DNA of 64,000 nt from Octopus vulgaris (taxonomy: Eukaryota), in the NCBI GenBank assembly GCA_951406725.2, contig OX597833.1, positions 72,726,001-72,790,000 on the forward strand, in the 5' to 3' direction. This document shows, piece by piece, positions 25,725-39,630 of this stretch. Below the pieces are notes generated by a model. That model was not told the DNA's origin. It did no database searches and saw only the letters and a list, made by a program, of their open reading frames with translations. A program made the position numbers and the translations under genes. Positions within the stretch are counted from its first letter, which is position 1. Every line of letters begins with the position of its first letter.

Positions 25725-26220
25725 AGCACATATGAGTGTGTATGTGTGTGTGTGTGTATGTAAGCGAGCACATGCCTACGTTTGTGTCAGCAAAGAAGAT
25801 ATCGTGATTTACTTAATGTAAGACAATATCAAAAATAAATAAAATGTCTATTGAAGGCCACCTTTCTAAAATTGCTCCATAAATATTGGTCAGCGTCTGT
25901 CATTTTGTATCGAAATAAATTTTTTTAGAGAAGCAAGATGCAAGGGAAGTAACTCTTGTAAATGGGAAATAACTCTGGTTTACCTCCGATTCTGTTGTGT
26001 CTGAGGAGGGTCGTTTTCTTTTTGTGCCTTATAGTGTAACACATTCACTGCTAAAAGTTCCACTATTTTCTTATTTTTATTTCCTAAAATTTTCGTTGCG
26101 TCTTGCAACCTCTTCAATGGTCTTAACTCTCAGATTAGAAATGGGAAAGTAAAACAGCGGCCGTAAATGCATAGATGAAAAGATATTTAGGAAAAAGACA
26201 GAGGCTGGTCGATCGTTTGA

Positions 26221-26273
<53 letters not shown>

Positions 26274-26434
26274 TGTGTGTACATATACACGGTGTATAAC
26301 AAACCCGATCGCGCGTGCAACACCGTAACCAAGAGGACGCGACTCTTCAAATATACGTGTGTGCGCGTGCTTGTGTGTGTGAATGCATTGGCGAAGACCA
26401 AAAAAATAACAAACAAACAACAAAACAAAAACAA

Positions 26435-26472
<38 letters not shown>

Positions 26473-27422
26473 ATACGTGATGGTTCGACCTACTGGAAAT
26501 AGCAGCCAAATTTCTCCTTAATTCATCCAGTGCTGCCTTAAAGAAAGAAAACACATCTTAAAGTTTATTGGACATTGTAGCACCAGATATGCGTTAGATG
26601 TAAAGAAAATTCGATGGAATCGTCAAGGCTGGAATGCTTTTCTTCGTAGGTCTACTGAATTAAGTCTGACCTAGCGTTAAACAACAGCAGCAACAACAAC
26701 AACAACAACAACAACTACTAAGAGATAGAAATTAGCAGGAAAACGAGAATATTTATTTATTAATTTGTTTATTTTTTTACAGGTGAAACGAAAAAAATTG
26801 CCACGTCTTTCGTCTGTGAATTCTTTAACCAAACACGTATGTGACCCCACCCCCAACCGCCGACCCCCTTTTAGTGTGTGCCACAGAATCGTGGCCCCCG
26901 CCTCACCATTTTTATTTGTTTTGTTCCCATCCTTTTACCAAGAGATATCAGAATGCACCAAAGTTTGGACCAGTTTTGCTCCACTTTACAACAGTTTAAA
27001 GAATTGAAAAGGCGGGAAAGAGAAAGACAGAGAGACAGAGAGAGAGGGGGGAGAAGGAGAAAGAAAGAAGGAAAGGGAGGGAGAGGGAGAGAGGCACTAT
27101 GGTCAGTTCATTATAAGAGAGAATTGACCACAATCAACAGACACTAAAAGAGAGAGAAAGAGAATGAGAGAGAGAGAGAGAAGGAGTTGACCCTGATTAC
27201 CAGACATTATGGTCAGTTTTACCTTTCTCGAAGACGTCTCTCTCCTCCTCCTCCAAATTCTTACAGATATTCTTCTTTTTTTTTTTTGGCATTTTCATTT
27301 GTTATTTCTCTCTTTTGTTTTATGAATTCCTCAATTCTCTCTACACAGATTTTTCTGAGTTTTAGTGGCTCCACACACACACACAGACACGGACACAGAC
27401 ACACACACACACAGAGACACAG

Positions 27423-27456
<34 letters not shown>

Positions 27457-27872
27457 ACACACTTTTATAGGGTGTTGCGAGGAGGTGGGAGTGACCGATA
27501 TGAAATTGTCGTCTGTGCGGAATTGGTGCATATTCCTCGTCCATCGGGGGCTGAAAACTGAACACAAAGCAAAAATATTCAATTCAGAACAAGCAAAGAT
27601 CAAACTAAATACAGCAACATATTTAGTGAGGCGCTTTGTCGTTAATCATTTTCTGTTCATTGGCCTCTTATAATTTCAATGTTCGATTCCTCATTCGATC
27701 TCTGTCTGTCTGTCTGTCTCTCTCCCTATGTCCCTATCTCACCCCCCTCTCTCTCTCTCTCTCTCTCAGTCAAACCAACGCACCCACATCATCGCTCACG
27801 CCATCCCCTCTTTTGTTATTTCTGAGTTTTTTTTTGTGCCTATTTGTTTTTGTTTTTTTTGTTTTTTTCAAT

Positions 27873-28927
27873 CTATTTTTCCGACAGAAAATCAATGTGA
27901 GTTTCTCGACTTGTGTGACTCGTGTGGTCATAACCAACAACTTTAATTTCTGTTCCTCCAAAGATCACTTCCAGGTCAACCGCACGGTTTTTGTCACCGG
28001 TCAGATCCGGCATTCCAACCACAAGACAACCACATTTCTCAACATTTTCTTCGTCCACATATTTTACATTGCGTTTTGTAGTCTTAAAAAACTCGAACAT
28101 AATTCCCTTCTGGTTGGTGATTATCGGCGTGTAGGTTTCCCGCCAGATTTCATTAGCACCTATCACCTCACCGACTCTGGCCCATATCTGGAAGATATTC
28201 TTGCAAAGAACCAAATCCTCGGAGACAACTTTCAAATCTTCCCGATGATAACCTTCCTCGAAAGGAAGATAGGATCCAACTCCGTATGTAAATCGACAAA
28301 TTCTCTTACAGATTGTGCTCGGATCGTGACCAAAGGCCACAGCGCCGCGCACGACGGCTAAACTAGCTTCTTCCGGTATAAGCACCGTGACGCGTTCACC
28401 GAACTTTTCTTTCACGGATCGCTGAAGCCGGACGGATTCAGCAAAACCGCCCACTAGGAATATATACTTGGTGTCTTTCATTTTAGACGAGTCCAATAAC
28501 GACTGGACATGGTCATTGATTTGTTCCAGTGCATCGTAAAACAATGAGCTGACTTTATTCGGGGACAACACCAGCTTGCCACCCGAGAATTTCACTTCGT
28601 TATTGCATTCGCTGGCATAAGCTTTGATCACTTCTTGGACGCTTTTGCCATCGAATCTGAAATTGCAAAAGTTATAGGGCAACGACACTCGAATGCTTTC
28701 GCCCTCACCTCGCTTCTTCACCTCGAAGTCCTGCAGGAGTTCTACGTAATCCTTGGGATGATTGCTTTGGAATTCTTTCATGAAGGCCTCGCCAAAAATC
28801 TGAACCATCAGCTTGAGAAACTGTCTGTCAATGACGGTTCCTCCCCAGGCACCGCCCGTGGCACGGAATAATTCTCGAATACGTCCATCTCTTCGTACTT
28901 TGTGAGCAACGACGTCGATTGTACCAC
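27873..28927 (-). CDS. HSPA12: HSPA12-type heat shock 70 kDa protein 12, last coding exon
   Basis: (G)GTIDVVAH...ATGGAWGGTVIDRQF...DFEVKKR...IFLVGGFAESVRLQ...IPEEASLAVVRGAVAFGHDPSTICKR..RFTYGV...FGGTEIKV...IDFLSEK*. Phase-1 acceptor TTTCAG| at 28928; TAG at 27873-27875. Confidence 0.95.
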
Positions 28928-28935
28928 CTGAAATG

Positions 28936-28982
<47 letters not shown>

Positions 28983-29013
28983 GACAACAACAACAACAGC
29001 AACAACAAACAAC

Positions 29014-29080
<67 letters not shown>

Positions 29081-29429
29081 AACGAGACGAGTAGGAAGAA
29101 GAAAAACAGGAAAATAGTAATAAAAAAAATTTGAGAAAAACCCCACAAAAACAAAAAACATAAAAAGCGAATCTGTGAATAATAAAATATAAAAAAAAAA
29201 GCTGTTGCCAACGCAAATTGATAGGAAACTTGCTTATTTTCTGCAATCGATTAATCATCTGCCAGAACACGTGGTTATCGATTAGTGATGAGTGTACAGT
29301 TTGGAAGGAAAGAGTACAAGAGACGATGGAGTACGATGAGGTAATGGCTGGGAAACCACTCCTCTTCCTTGTCACGCCATCATCAATCATGGCATCAACC
29401 ACAAGTACGGAGTCGGCCAAGAGACTCGA

Positions 29430-31830
29430 AGCAGTCGATCGCCCTGCTAGAAATAGCAAACAAATCTACTTAAAATAACATCCGACCATCTTTAAAAGAT
29501 GGGAGCTCGTCGGATAATGTGGTCTTCAGTTTTCTGCCCTTAGGATGGCGAGAGGGGAAGACGGGAAGGTCACCGTTGGAATATTTGGGATCATAGTACT
29601 GCCTGATTACAGTTGACCTGGGGTTAAACGTTAGAGCCTGTATATGGTTACTCAGTTTGCTGGAAATAACTGATAGATATCTCTTAAACCACATGTTGAT
29701 GGTCGCTGATACGGGGTTGTTACGACTGGAACGTCTGTGATCATAGGATCGATTTACAACAACGACCGAGAGTTGGCCTTTATGTGGCCACTCGACATAA
29801 CAGCCAAGTCGCCTTGTTATCCTGAAAGCAATGCAGGTCAGATTGGCTCAGTTATTGAATAAAAGGCGAGATAGTCATGACTGGAGTTCCTTTGATCATA
29901 GATCTGTTTTCTTACCTTGGGCTAATTGACAACAACGACTCCCGACGTTCATTTTAAGAGAAATTAAAGTCAAACCTCACACAAACCACATTCAACCGTT
30001 TTTCAGAAAGCTGCATTCAGATTTACATTATCCTATAACTGCAATTAAGATGAACTGCCATGGCTGGATTGTTTTGTTTTTTTTAATTATTAAAGTTGTT
30101 CCCATGTGGGATTGACATGTGGTTAAACAGCTACACCAATAACAACAAAAACCCTCTCGCTCATATCACACTCTACCTTCTTAAAAAGGTATAAAAGACC
30201 CCTTATTCAGGAACTGGGGGAGGTTGAATAACATCAACAAGCCAGGTAGTTAGCTCTCACTTAACTGTTTTTGTAGCAGATGGCGTCCCTATGTAATTTG
30301 TTCGCGTCATCATTATCGATCTACGTTAGGTTAATGATGACAGTGCAGCCTTACCAGCACCACCACTACCAGCACCACAACCACCACAACCACCACCACC
30401 ACTACAACCACCACCACCACAACCACCACCACCGCCACCACCACCGCCACCACCACCACCACCACCGCCACCACAACCAGCACCATCACCACCACCACCA
30501 CCATCACAACCACCACCATCACCACCACTACCTCCATCACCACCACAACAACCACAACCACCATCACCACCACTACCACCACAACCACCACCACCACCAC
30601 CACCGTCCGATCACTGCAGGACCACCGAGACTGGTTTTACTAGGAAGCTGCTAGTTCTCTGGAGTTATTTGCCCTTGCACTGCAGATCTGATGAAATCCC
30701 ATTACAATGAAAGAGGAAGACCCTTTCTGCTAAATGCACCCAAGGGGATACGTCGTTGTTTAGCTTTGTGTCTCCTCTTTCATCAAATGCATTCCAGCCG
30801 TGACCATCCTGCTTTGTTCCCTTCCTAGGGAAACGCACCATTATATTATCCGATATGTCCCCTTTTTTAACACTGTGTGTGTGTGTGATTTTGGTGTGAT
30901 TTGACTGATATATCTAGCAGGTCAAGCAGTCAAGTAGAGATCCTTCCCCCCCCCCCCGATGGTCCAATGTTTTGAGGCGGCGAGTGGAGGGGATTAATTG
31001 CGCAAAGAAATAATCAAGGCTTTGACTCATTAATTGCTGCGGTTATTTTTAATTGTTATTTAGTCCAAGGTGATCGAACAAACGGAGATCAAAAGCTTCC
31101 ATCCGTGGCCATCCCTTTGTAAAGGAAAATCCCGTTTTCTTAAGATGGCCTGTGTGTATATACAACTGTGTATATGTGTGCGTGAATGTGTGTGTGAGTG
31201 TGTGTGTGTGCGTGTGATTTGAGGACGATTTGGCTGATATTGCTAACAGGTCAAGCAACCCCCTTTGTTAGAAAGTAGCGGTGTTGGAAGGAATAAAGCA
31301 ACACTTAGCGTTTATGGATTACCATTTTTGTTGTTGTTTTTGTTTAACCCCAGGTCAACCCTGATCGAAAGCCCGCCGATCAAAGATATTTTCGTCGTGA
31401 GATTTATTCGTTTGATATTGATTCAGGTGTAGTGTATCTGAGATTACATTATCCAATGTGCACTTACATTTTTTAAAGATGGTCGGATATGGTTTGAGGG
31501 TGAACTAACTGCTATTTCCAGTAGATAAAATAACCATATTGAGGCTCTCACGTTGGTTGCTGCTCTATGAAGCTTTTGTATTTACGAGAGAAAGCGTTGT
31601 CATATCATCTGCTAGAAATCATAGCTAAACTCGTCTCAAATCAACGATTAAGGACAATGTCAAGGGTAGAGGATGTCAAGATAAAAGATGATGTCGACCA
31701 TCGTAGGATTTGAACTCAGAATTTAAAAGAGTTTAAGACGACGACAATACTGTATAGTATTCTGTCCGACCTGGAAGACCTTTGGTCACAAATCTGCTTC
31801 GTCAAGTCTATTTTTGGTGCCAAACAGTAA
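29430..31830. repeat. Cluster of old dispersed repeats (family D, core CTGCTAGAAATAGCAGCCAAAT..., (CAA)n tail)
   Basis: About seven diverged copies here, in both orientations. More copies at ~5620-5765, 7055-7290, 10010-10215, 26480-26685, 37715-37905, 41920-42030, 43480-43910, 49180-49820, 52190-52350, 57900-58090 and 59200-59545. Confidence 0.7.
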
Positions 31831-31914
31831 CACCGTGTTGGTCCAAATACTTTCAGCAGAACAGATTCAGCTAAACGTAGCCAAGGTCTCAAGCGCTGAT
31901 GTTAAAGATTAGGT

Positions 31915-32188
31915 CAGTGGCCCTCAACCGGGCTCCATACGACTCCTTGCTGGTCCCTAAGACCCTCGCGGGGCCAAATGAGATTTCGTTGTCAGAATTT
32001 ATGTGCAATAAATCGGTCATATTTCTCCAATAAACAAAATATTTGAACAATTTTGTTTTGTACAATTCGTAATAACATTGAAGAATAAAAATATAACTGG
32101 ATTTAAAAAAAAAAAACATCGAATGACTGTCAGGGTCCAGGAGAGTAAAATAGGGATGCATGCTTGAAACAGGGTTGAGAACCTTCTG
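31915..32188. mobile_element. hAT (Charlie/MER5-like) non-autonomous element
   Basis: Ends CAGTGGCCCTCAACC / GGTTGAGAACCTTCTG, with an 8-bp target-site duplication GATTAGGT / GATTAGGC. Confidence 0.75.
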
Positions 32189-33696
32189 GATTAGGCCCAA
32201 CACTCAAGAAGAAGCACAGCCCATTCGAGGGACTGATATACAATCTTTATCTGAACAAGTTCACCCTTAAGACGTGGGTCGATCCTTAAGGCAAGGATAC
32301 GAAATATTAACTCAGTGTACTACCACACTGCAGGATCGAACTCGTAACCCTTTGACTATAAAGTAAAATTCCGTCCATATACAGACATGCTTCATTCGAC
32401 ACCCACGTGAGTCATTTCTCTTCTCCAACTCATACTTGCCATTTTTCGTGTTGGACTTTATCATTTATCCTAATGAGGAGGATTTAACTGTTATTTCCAG
32501 CACATCGAGCGGCTACGCTTACGCAGTGGTTCGTAAATAACCAAGCGAAAAGTAATGAAGGAGGGATTCATACCAAATTAAGTTTTGTTTTTCTTCCTTC
32601 TGGAGAAATTCCTTGCAAATGACTATCGTTCTGTCCAGTAGCACCTTAATCTCCACCCGCTTTGGTTGGCTGCGATGTTAACTGGACGGATTTAATGTGG
32701 CCAGTGCTCAGTTTGAATTATTGAATGACCACAGAGGAAGCGAGGAGGTGATGAGATAAAGAATACCAGAAGCAGTGGACACAGCTCTACGTGGAAATGG
32801 CGAAGCATTGAGTGAGATCCACAAATCAAATATGTATTGTTTTTGTTCTTTTTTTTTTGTATTGGTTTTTCAAGGGTTTTGCCAGAAGAGACAGGACCGC
32901 ATCCATCACTATTTTCAGATCTAACATGACTAATGGGAGGAAGAGAACAAATTTCTCCTGGAACTGAAGACCTGCCTGAATGCTTCCAATATGGTGGCCT
33001 CCACTAAAAGGAACCCAAGGACCAGGTGATGGTGTTAAACCGAGTTGTCGGTCATTGTCACTCTGAAGAGCTTCCTAACAGTTTCTGTCCACTTTTTCTC
33101 TCAAAAGACTTCGATAGATCCTAGGCTATGATGTAGCGAAAACGCGTGGCCTAGTGGTTATACTATTGGCCTCACAATCGCAAGGCCATGAGTTCGAGTT
33201 CCGCTCCGGGAAGCGGGTTATCTTTCACGCTGCTTCAATTCCTTCCAATGGAAATGAGTTCCATCTGTTGCAAAGTGTGGGTGCCCCACAGGCCCCACAC
33301 GATTGACCCCCAAATCTCGGAAAATGCAAATAAATTGTCAACGGCTTTTCATGGCTGCAGCACACTGGATGATGAAATCAGGGTAGAAGACACTTATATA
33401 TCAAAATAGCGGGTTATGGGATCGAACTTGAAATCCCGTATTAACTAAGTGAACTTTTTAACCAATCACAAAGAGAAACATACCCAGGGAGAGAGGGAGA
33501 GAGTGAAAATGAGAGAGGGGGAGAGAGAGGGAAGAAGAGTGTGTGTGTGTGCGTGTGCATGTCAACGAGTGCAAATTTGTGCACGTGTGTGATTACATTA
33601 GTGACACTGTTTCACGTGATCCCCATATCCATCTCTTTACCCTACGCATGCGCATAAAAAGTAATAATGAGTTTTGAAAAAAAAGTCTTAACTCAC

Positions 33697-33871
33697 CTCC
33701 AGCATCAATAACAAGATATTTAGTTCCTGGTTCGAACGTCGGTTTATTTCCTTCCGGTTGTGAAGTACCCAGCAACGAGCTGGCAGGCCATTTCCGGCAA
33801 TGGAGAGAAGCAGCTTCCGGTTCGAGTGCTATTAATAACTGGTCACTGTTTTTGCTTGTAATCAAATCACC
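33697..33871 (-). CDS. HSPA12: HSPA12-type protein, penultimate coding exon (175 nt)
   Basis: GDLITSKNSDQLLIALEPEAASLHCRK...GTKYLVIDAG(G). Acceptor CCTATCAG|, donor G|GTGAGT; phases 0 and 1 join both neighbouring exons in frame. Confidence 0.95.
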
Positions 33872-34289
33872 CTGATAGGAACGGAAGCGATAAAGATAAA
33901 TTTAAAATTCGATAATCCCAAAGATTAGTGTTGGTTACAATATTAATAAGACGAAACAATCAACAAATATCACCGCTGTTTCATTCAGGAATTTAGGAAG
34001 AGGACGCCACCATCACCACCGCCACAGGTGACGAACAAGAAAACATGACGGCAGTTGCATTTTGCAGTGAATTGTCTGGGACACTCAGAATTGATTTTGC
34101 TGGCAAATATTGTTCACAGGACACTTATCAGATCCTACAATTACAAGGCCTTTGTGAGAGGTTCCTGCTGCTGTTATTTTTATTGTAATTAAATATCATC
34201 GAGTTTATGCTGGGGAGGCAACTGTACCTAACTTTGACCGTGTTTCTATTAAAGAGCTTGTGATAGTTATGTCAGTGTGGAAAGTGTAT

Positions 34290-34655
34290 ATCTATATGTT
34301 TTAGAAACCGTCTAACTACATCTTTTAACAACGTTCATGCTGTGTAGAAGATAATACTTATATATCTTCCTACGCTCTACGTCTTTTTGGCTTATCTAAG
34401 TTTGGTTCGATATAGGTTATATTGCTCTTAAAATTGGATCTTTCTAATGCAACATTGTAATATAGCACTTTTTGAAGGATGCTTCCTCAGAGGATACGAT
34501 AGAAACACATCCACTAATGCTATTAAATAGTTGTTTAATTATTGATAGTGAATGGTTAGAGCGTCTATCGATGTGGGTGTCCTTCTCTGGTTGATAGAAA
34601 GCTTTATATTTGCCTGTACTAAGAATTATAATAATGTCTAACAAACTATGTTCTC
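34290..34655 (-). mobile_element. Degenerate Penelope-like element, RT C-terminal region
   Basis: LLDIIIILSTGKYKAFYQP...IDRRSNHSLSIIKQLFNSIS..VS.VSSEEASFKK...ALERSNFK matches the Penelope pattern FLD...L..G.Y.PY.KP.....YI...SNHP..I.K.....IS.R...LSS. Confidence 0.75.
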
Positions 34656-34969
34656 CATAAACCGTAGTTTTATGCATCAGTTCTTCTTAACATTTCCATT
34701 TTGTGATTATTCTTACTAGGTACTACTCCTAGGCGATAGTACATAATTAGAGTAATTTAATGCTAGCGTCTTTTACTTAATTGTTAAGGCTATGCAGGCC
34801 GTTGGGGCCAACCAGGTCCACCACATCTGTTCCATAATGGATCCTCATGGCGACATCAACCAATAGGGATTGGGGGGGGGAAGCAATCATTTCCTTATGT
34901 TCGTTATTACAATGCTTTATTGAACTCCGATTGATAGATAGTTAGATAGGTATATATATATATATATTT

Positions 34970-35072
34970 GTGACCGACCAGGCTATCAGATGTTGTTACA
35001 CATCGCTGGTCACAATGCGCTTCGCATTGTTTTAGCCTTCAAATGACGCCACCCCGCTGGCTAATCGAGCAG

Positions 35073-35075
<3 letters not shown>
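34970..35075 (-). mobile_element. 3' fragment of SINE family E
   Basis: Matches 51030-51120 (GACCGACC..ATCAGATGTTGTTACACATCGCTGGTCACAATGC..CCCCGCTGGCTAATCGAGCAGGCCA). Confidence 0.75.
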
Positions 35076-35132
<57 letters not shown>

Positions 35133-35147
35133 GAGAGAGAGGGAGAG

Positions 35148-35324
<177 letters not shown>

Positions 35325-35332
35325 CTACTTAC

Positions 35333-35554
35333 TCGATAAGCTGCCTCTCTCATGAACTGTTTTGCGTTATCGTCCCAAATAGCTGGTACGGTGAGGACCC
35401 ACCGAACGGTCTGTGGGTGAGGTTCGTAACCCAAGTGGGCCGAGACAGCTCTTAAAAAATGGGTCTTCATGAACCAAAGCGATTTAGCGAAAACATCAAC
35501 AGCTGGTAACGTCTTACCTTTGGCATCTTCCAACATGATATTGGTGTGGAGTTC
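35333..35554 (-). CDS. HSPA12: HSPA12-type protein, internal coding exon (222 nt)
   Basis: [30 protein letters not shown]...[25 protein letters not shown]. Acceptor TTCTGCAG|, donor |GTAAGT, phase 0-0. Confidence 0.95.
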
Positions 35555-36152
35555 CTGCAGAAGAAATAACAAACCAATGAATGCGTGTGTGTGTGCGCGC
35601 GCATATACACAAATGTGTGTGTTTGTATGGGTGTGTGTATATATATGTATATATATATATGTGTGTATATATATATACATATATATATATATATACACAC
35701 ACACATATATATACATATATATACATATATATATACATATATACATATATACAAATATACATATATATACATATATACATATATACATATATACAAATAT
35801 ACATATATACATATATACAAATATACATATATATATACATATATATATATGCATTTATATATATATATATATATATATAGGATGGGTCGAAACGATCGTC
35901 GAACGAAATAAAAGACCAGTATCAAATCCATCGCACTATTTCCTTAATCATATATATACATATATATATACATACATACATACATGCTAGCAGAGGCACC
36001 CGGCGTTGCCAGGGAATGAAATTGTTCCTTATATATTAGAAGAAAAAAAGTAAAACATGTTGTGTAGAAATTTGTTATTCTAAATTCAATTTATTTTTCA
36101 AATTGGATACATGATGAAATCAATTCTGAATTCATAATACAGTAATAAGAGC

Positions 36153-36219
<67 letters not shown>

Positions 36220-36692
36220 GTCTTGGTATAAAAGATTGGCTACAGCAAATATTCTGCTCAATACCACAGATTTGCTTGTCAGTTGTTTGACCTTAACCAG
36301 TTGAGCATGTCCCTTAGTAGCTGGTGATATGTGCATCTCTGATCACGAGCAGAAGTAGTGGAGGAGCATCATAGCCATGTGTTGAAAGGGATTCTTGGAG
36401 GTTTGGATAATTCACCTTTGGAAACATGGGCGTTTCGTTCATCATCTTAAAACAAATCTTATTGGGGGACCTTTTGAGCGGGATGGGTTACTCGACCAGA
36501 AGAAAATTCTAACTGGGCCCCACCTGCAAGGTCACGTGCTGTTTATCTTGATATGAGATCACCATGTCACGCACATATGTGTGATACATGGGCCTAGTGT
36601 ACCCTTATCTGACGGGTAGTCATGATGGGTATACTAGGCTTTGTATATTTTACCCCAGTGTCACTTTGATGGCATGCACTGCTCTCTCGCTC
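36220..36692 (+). mobile_element. Family A non-coding retroelement copy embedded in (AAT)n
   Basis: Aligns with ~23000-23454; (AAT)n on both sides. Confidence 0.8.
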
Positions 36693-36738
36693 AATAATAA
36701 TAATAATAATTAATAATAATTATTATTATTATTATTAT

Positions 36739-36795
<57 letters not shown>

Positions 36796-37061
36796 GGAAA
36801 ATGCAAAATTTATGAAGGGCGATAAATTATATCATATATGTTGAATGAAATTACGTAAGAGCTTCTGGGTGAACAATATTGTTTGTTTTCTGGTTTGGTG
36901 CAGAGACAAATATGTGTTGCAAACCACCAACTCTGGAGCAACCACCATAAAGCTGACCATGAGAAAAGCAAGGCTCAATGAAGGGCAGAGCAGGAGATTT
37001 CAAAGTCCACTTGTTGTTCATACACTTGTCTTTGTCTTACGTGTTTTTCTACAGATTCCAA

Positions 37062-37109
<48 letters not shown>

Positions 37110-39598
37110 GTCTTACTCCTCGAAGCCATACTTTCAAAAAATTTCAGCCCAGGATTTTATCTCAAAACACACCGGACAGAAATGTGTCATGTATACACTC
37201 CCCATATACACTCCCCATATACACTCACCATATACACTCACCATATACACATCATGTATAAATGCATGTATGTTTACAGGCTTTGTGTTGCAAGATGTGT
37301 GTCTGTGTTTGTCTCTCCACGCATGACTTAGAGTGCACTGGTGTGCGCGCGTGCGTGCGCTTGACTGATTTGACACCTACCTTCAGACACCCCCCCACAC
37401 ACACACACACTCAGTCCGGTGGTCCTGGTTTGTTACCAAGGCAACCAATAGCTGGTGGTGGCTTTGGTATTGGTAGGAGGGACGCTCTGTCCGTTATTGA
37501 TTATCTCGTTGACTCTCAGTCTTACCTCGATGAAGTCAGCATCCCTTCCCCCCTCCTCCCCCTTCCCCCCTCCTCCTCCTCCTTCCCCTCTCTCTATAAT
37601 CCATTATTTTCTTCTGTCATGCGACACAGACACACACACACACACACACACATCTATTCTTGTCACAATTACTCACCGATATTGCAGTTATTGTTGTTGC
37701 TTGTTCCTGCCTTTTCTTTTATCAACCTTGACTGAGCAGACCTACAGGAGAACGATCAATCAAAAGTGTTCCAACTGTGGCCCTCCCGTTCGATATGTGT
37801 GTGTGTGTGTGTGGATAAGTCGGGTTTAACTATCCAACGTTGTTGTTTGAGTTGAGGTGAGCTATTTCTAGCATGTCGAGCTGCCACATAGAGGCTCCCC
37901 CAATTGGTTTTCTTTCTCACTATAGAATGTGGACGGATAATACCTGGAGGTGCTTTAGGGTTTGGGGTTCGATATCCAGTGACGAAGCTGACTCCCTGAC
38001 TCTTGTGATGTTTCTTCTGTCACTGTTGTTGTTGTTGTTGTTGTTGTTGTTGTCACCTCAGTCAGAGCTAAGCTGGAGATAAACAAAAACAACAACATAA
38101 ATTTAAAGGGGTTCTAGCCATGACCACCCAGTTTGGAGTTAGTAAGATCATTAGAAACTCGGGGCAAATGCCTTACTACTTTTGTTCAGGTTCTTTGCAT
38201 TCTTGGTTCGAATCCCGCCGTGATCGGTTTTGTCTTTCACGCATTTAGGGTTGATCAGATGAAACAGCAGTCAAATTCGGGGGTCGATTGAATCGAACAA
38301 CTCCCCCTCCTCTCAAAATCGCTGGCCTTCTGCCTAAATAAGAAACCGTTTAAGATGGCGGAGTCGTTTGAGCGTCGAAAGAAATGCTTTGTGATATTAT
38401 TTCCGACTTTAATCCTGCCAGTATATTGCATAAATACTATATACACTCCCACTGCACGCATGCATTATACACATATACACGTGTTGCACACATGCACTAC
38501 ATATGTGCACGTATTGCACATATTACATTCACTGCATATATTGCATTACATTAAGGGGTTCCAATTTGGCAGCCAATTGAAAAACAAAAAAGGTTGTTGA
38601 TCAGACAAGGAATATAAGTTAAGGAGAGCAGCATCTACCTCTGCAATCATGTCAGACTTGAAGAGAATATTCCATGAATTGGTGCTGTCAGTAAAGTGAG
38701 AGGGACGAAGGAATTCTTAAGCAGAATTTTTGGATGATGTTGAGGTTACAGCCATTTGCATTCGATAAGGCCATATCCCGTAATACCTTCGCAATCGTGT
38801 TAATGCTGGCATCTCAGTCACTTGATTAGACACTTGAAGAGCGACCCACATCATGGTCAGGAAGATCCCTGGCATGGTTTGTGTTTGACAGCGGAGTAAA
38901 GGCCTTCAGACAAAAACTGACTGAACAGCAAAAAGAGAAATATTGAATATATGAGATGTGTAGAGAACAATGAAAATAACAACATGCGAAGAGCGGATGA
39001 TTAGGTGCTCGGGATTAGGTGCTACGAGTGTACAGCTGCGTCAAGTAAGTGGCTGGGCTTTGGGCTAAGACCTTTGAACAGAAACTTAGCGAAAGAAACA
39101 TTGGTCATGTAATAAAAGCTACGCTTGAGAGCAAGAAGACACCAACGCCATTGACGAGGTGGCGATAGCAACGTCGCCTTGATCTTGGTAAGATAAATCA
39201 CATCGTACACAGAAGAAAACATCTTCGCTATTCAGTAATAGGAAATGGTTGCTTTTCGTAATGATTTCGATGAAAGGCAGAAAGGTGTCTTCATAGGTTC
39301 CACATTTTGACAGGAAATATCGCTCGTGCTCCACCAATGTGACACAATCATCAACGAGAAGCGCTGAGACGGGTCCACAAGGAAGGAGGACCTGTTTGAT
39401 ATTAGTGTTGAAAGTAGGTATCGGCTTTCCATGGGGAGGACTGTCCTAGGGACCGGACAAACCAGAGACAGAATTAACCATAATTTTAATAGCAAAGGTC
39501 ACTGGGGGAACACAAAACCAAAAGACGGCTTCAACCACGAGAAGGTTGCTGTGGTTTTCTGCGCAGAGAACAAAAGGGGTGCTGTAGAGGTCAGCTGA

Positions 39599-39630
<32 letters not shown>

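Noticed and set aside
27636-28361. 241-aa plus-strand ORF (also 28635-28871 and 3810-4097)
   Set aside because: Antisense shadows of real exons plus repeat sequence; no recognisable motifs.
28928-29459. N-terminal 177 codons of the 528-aa ORF
   Set aside because: Intronic. HSPA12 similarity starts at the CAG acceptor at 28928 and joins in frame to the exon at 33697.
30681-30730. CTGATGA...GAAA hammerhead-like match
   Set aside because: Stem II does not pair and stems I/III are out of register; likely chance.
39040-39600. Possible LINE endonuclease remnant (NFNSKG..FCAENK)
   Set aside because: Motif resemblance is too fragmentary to call without a profile search.
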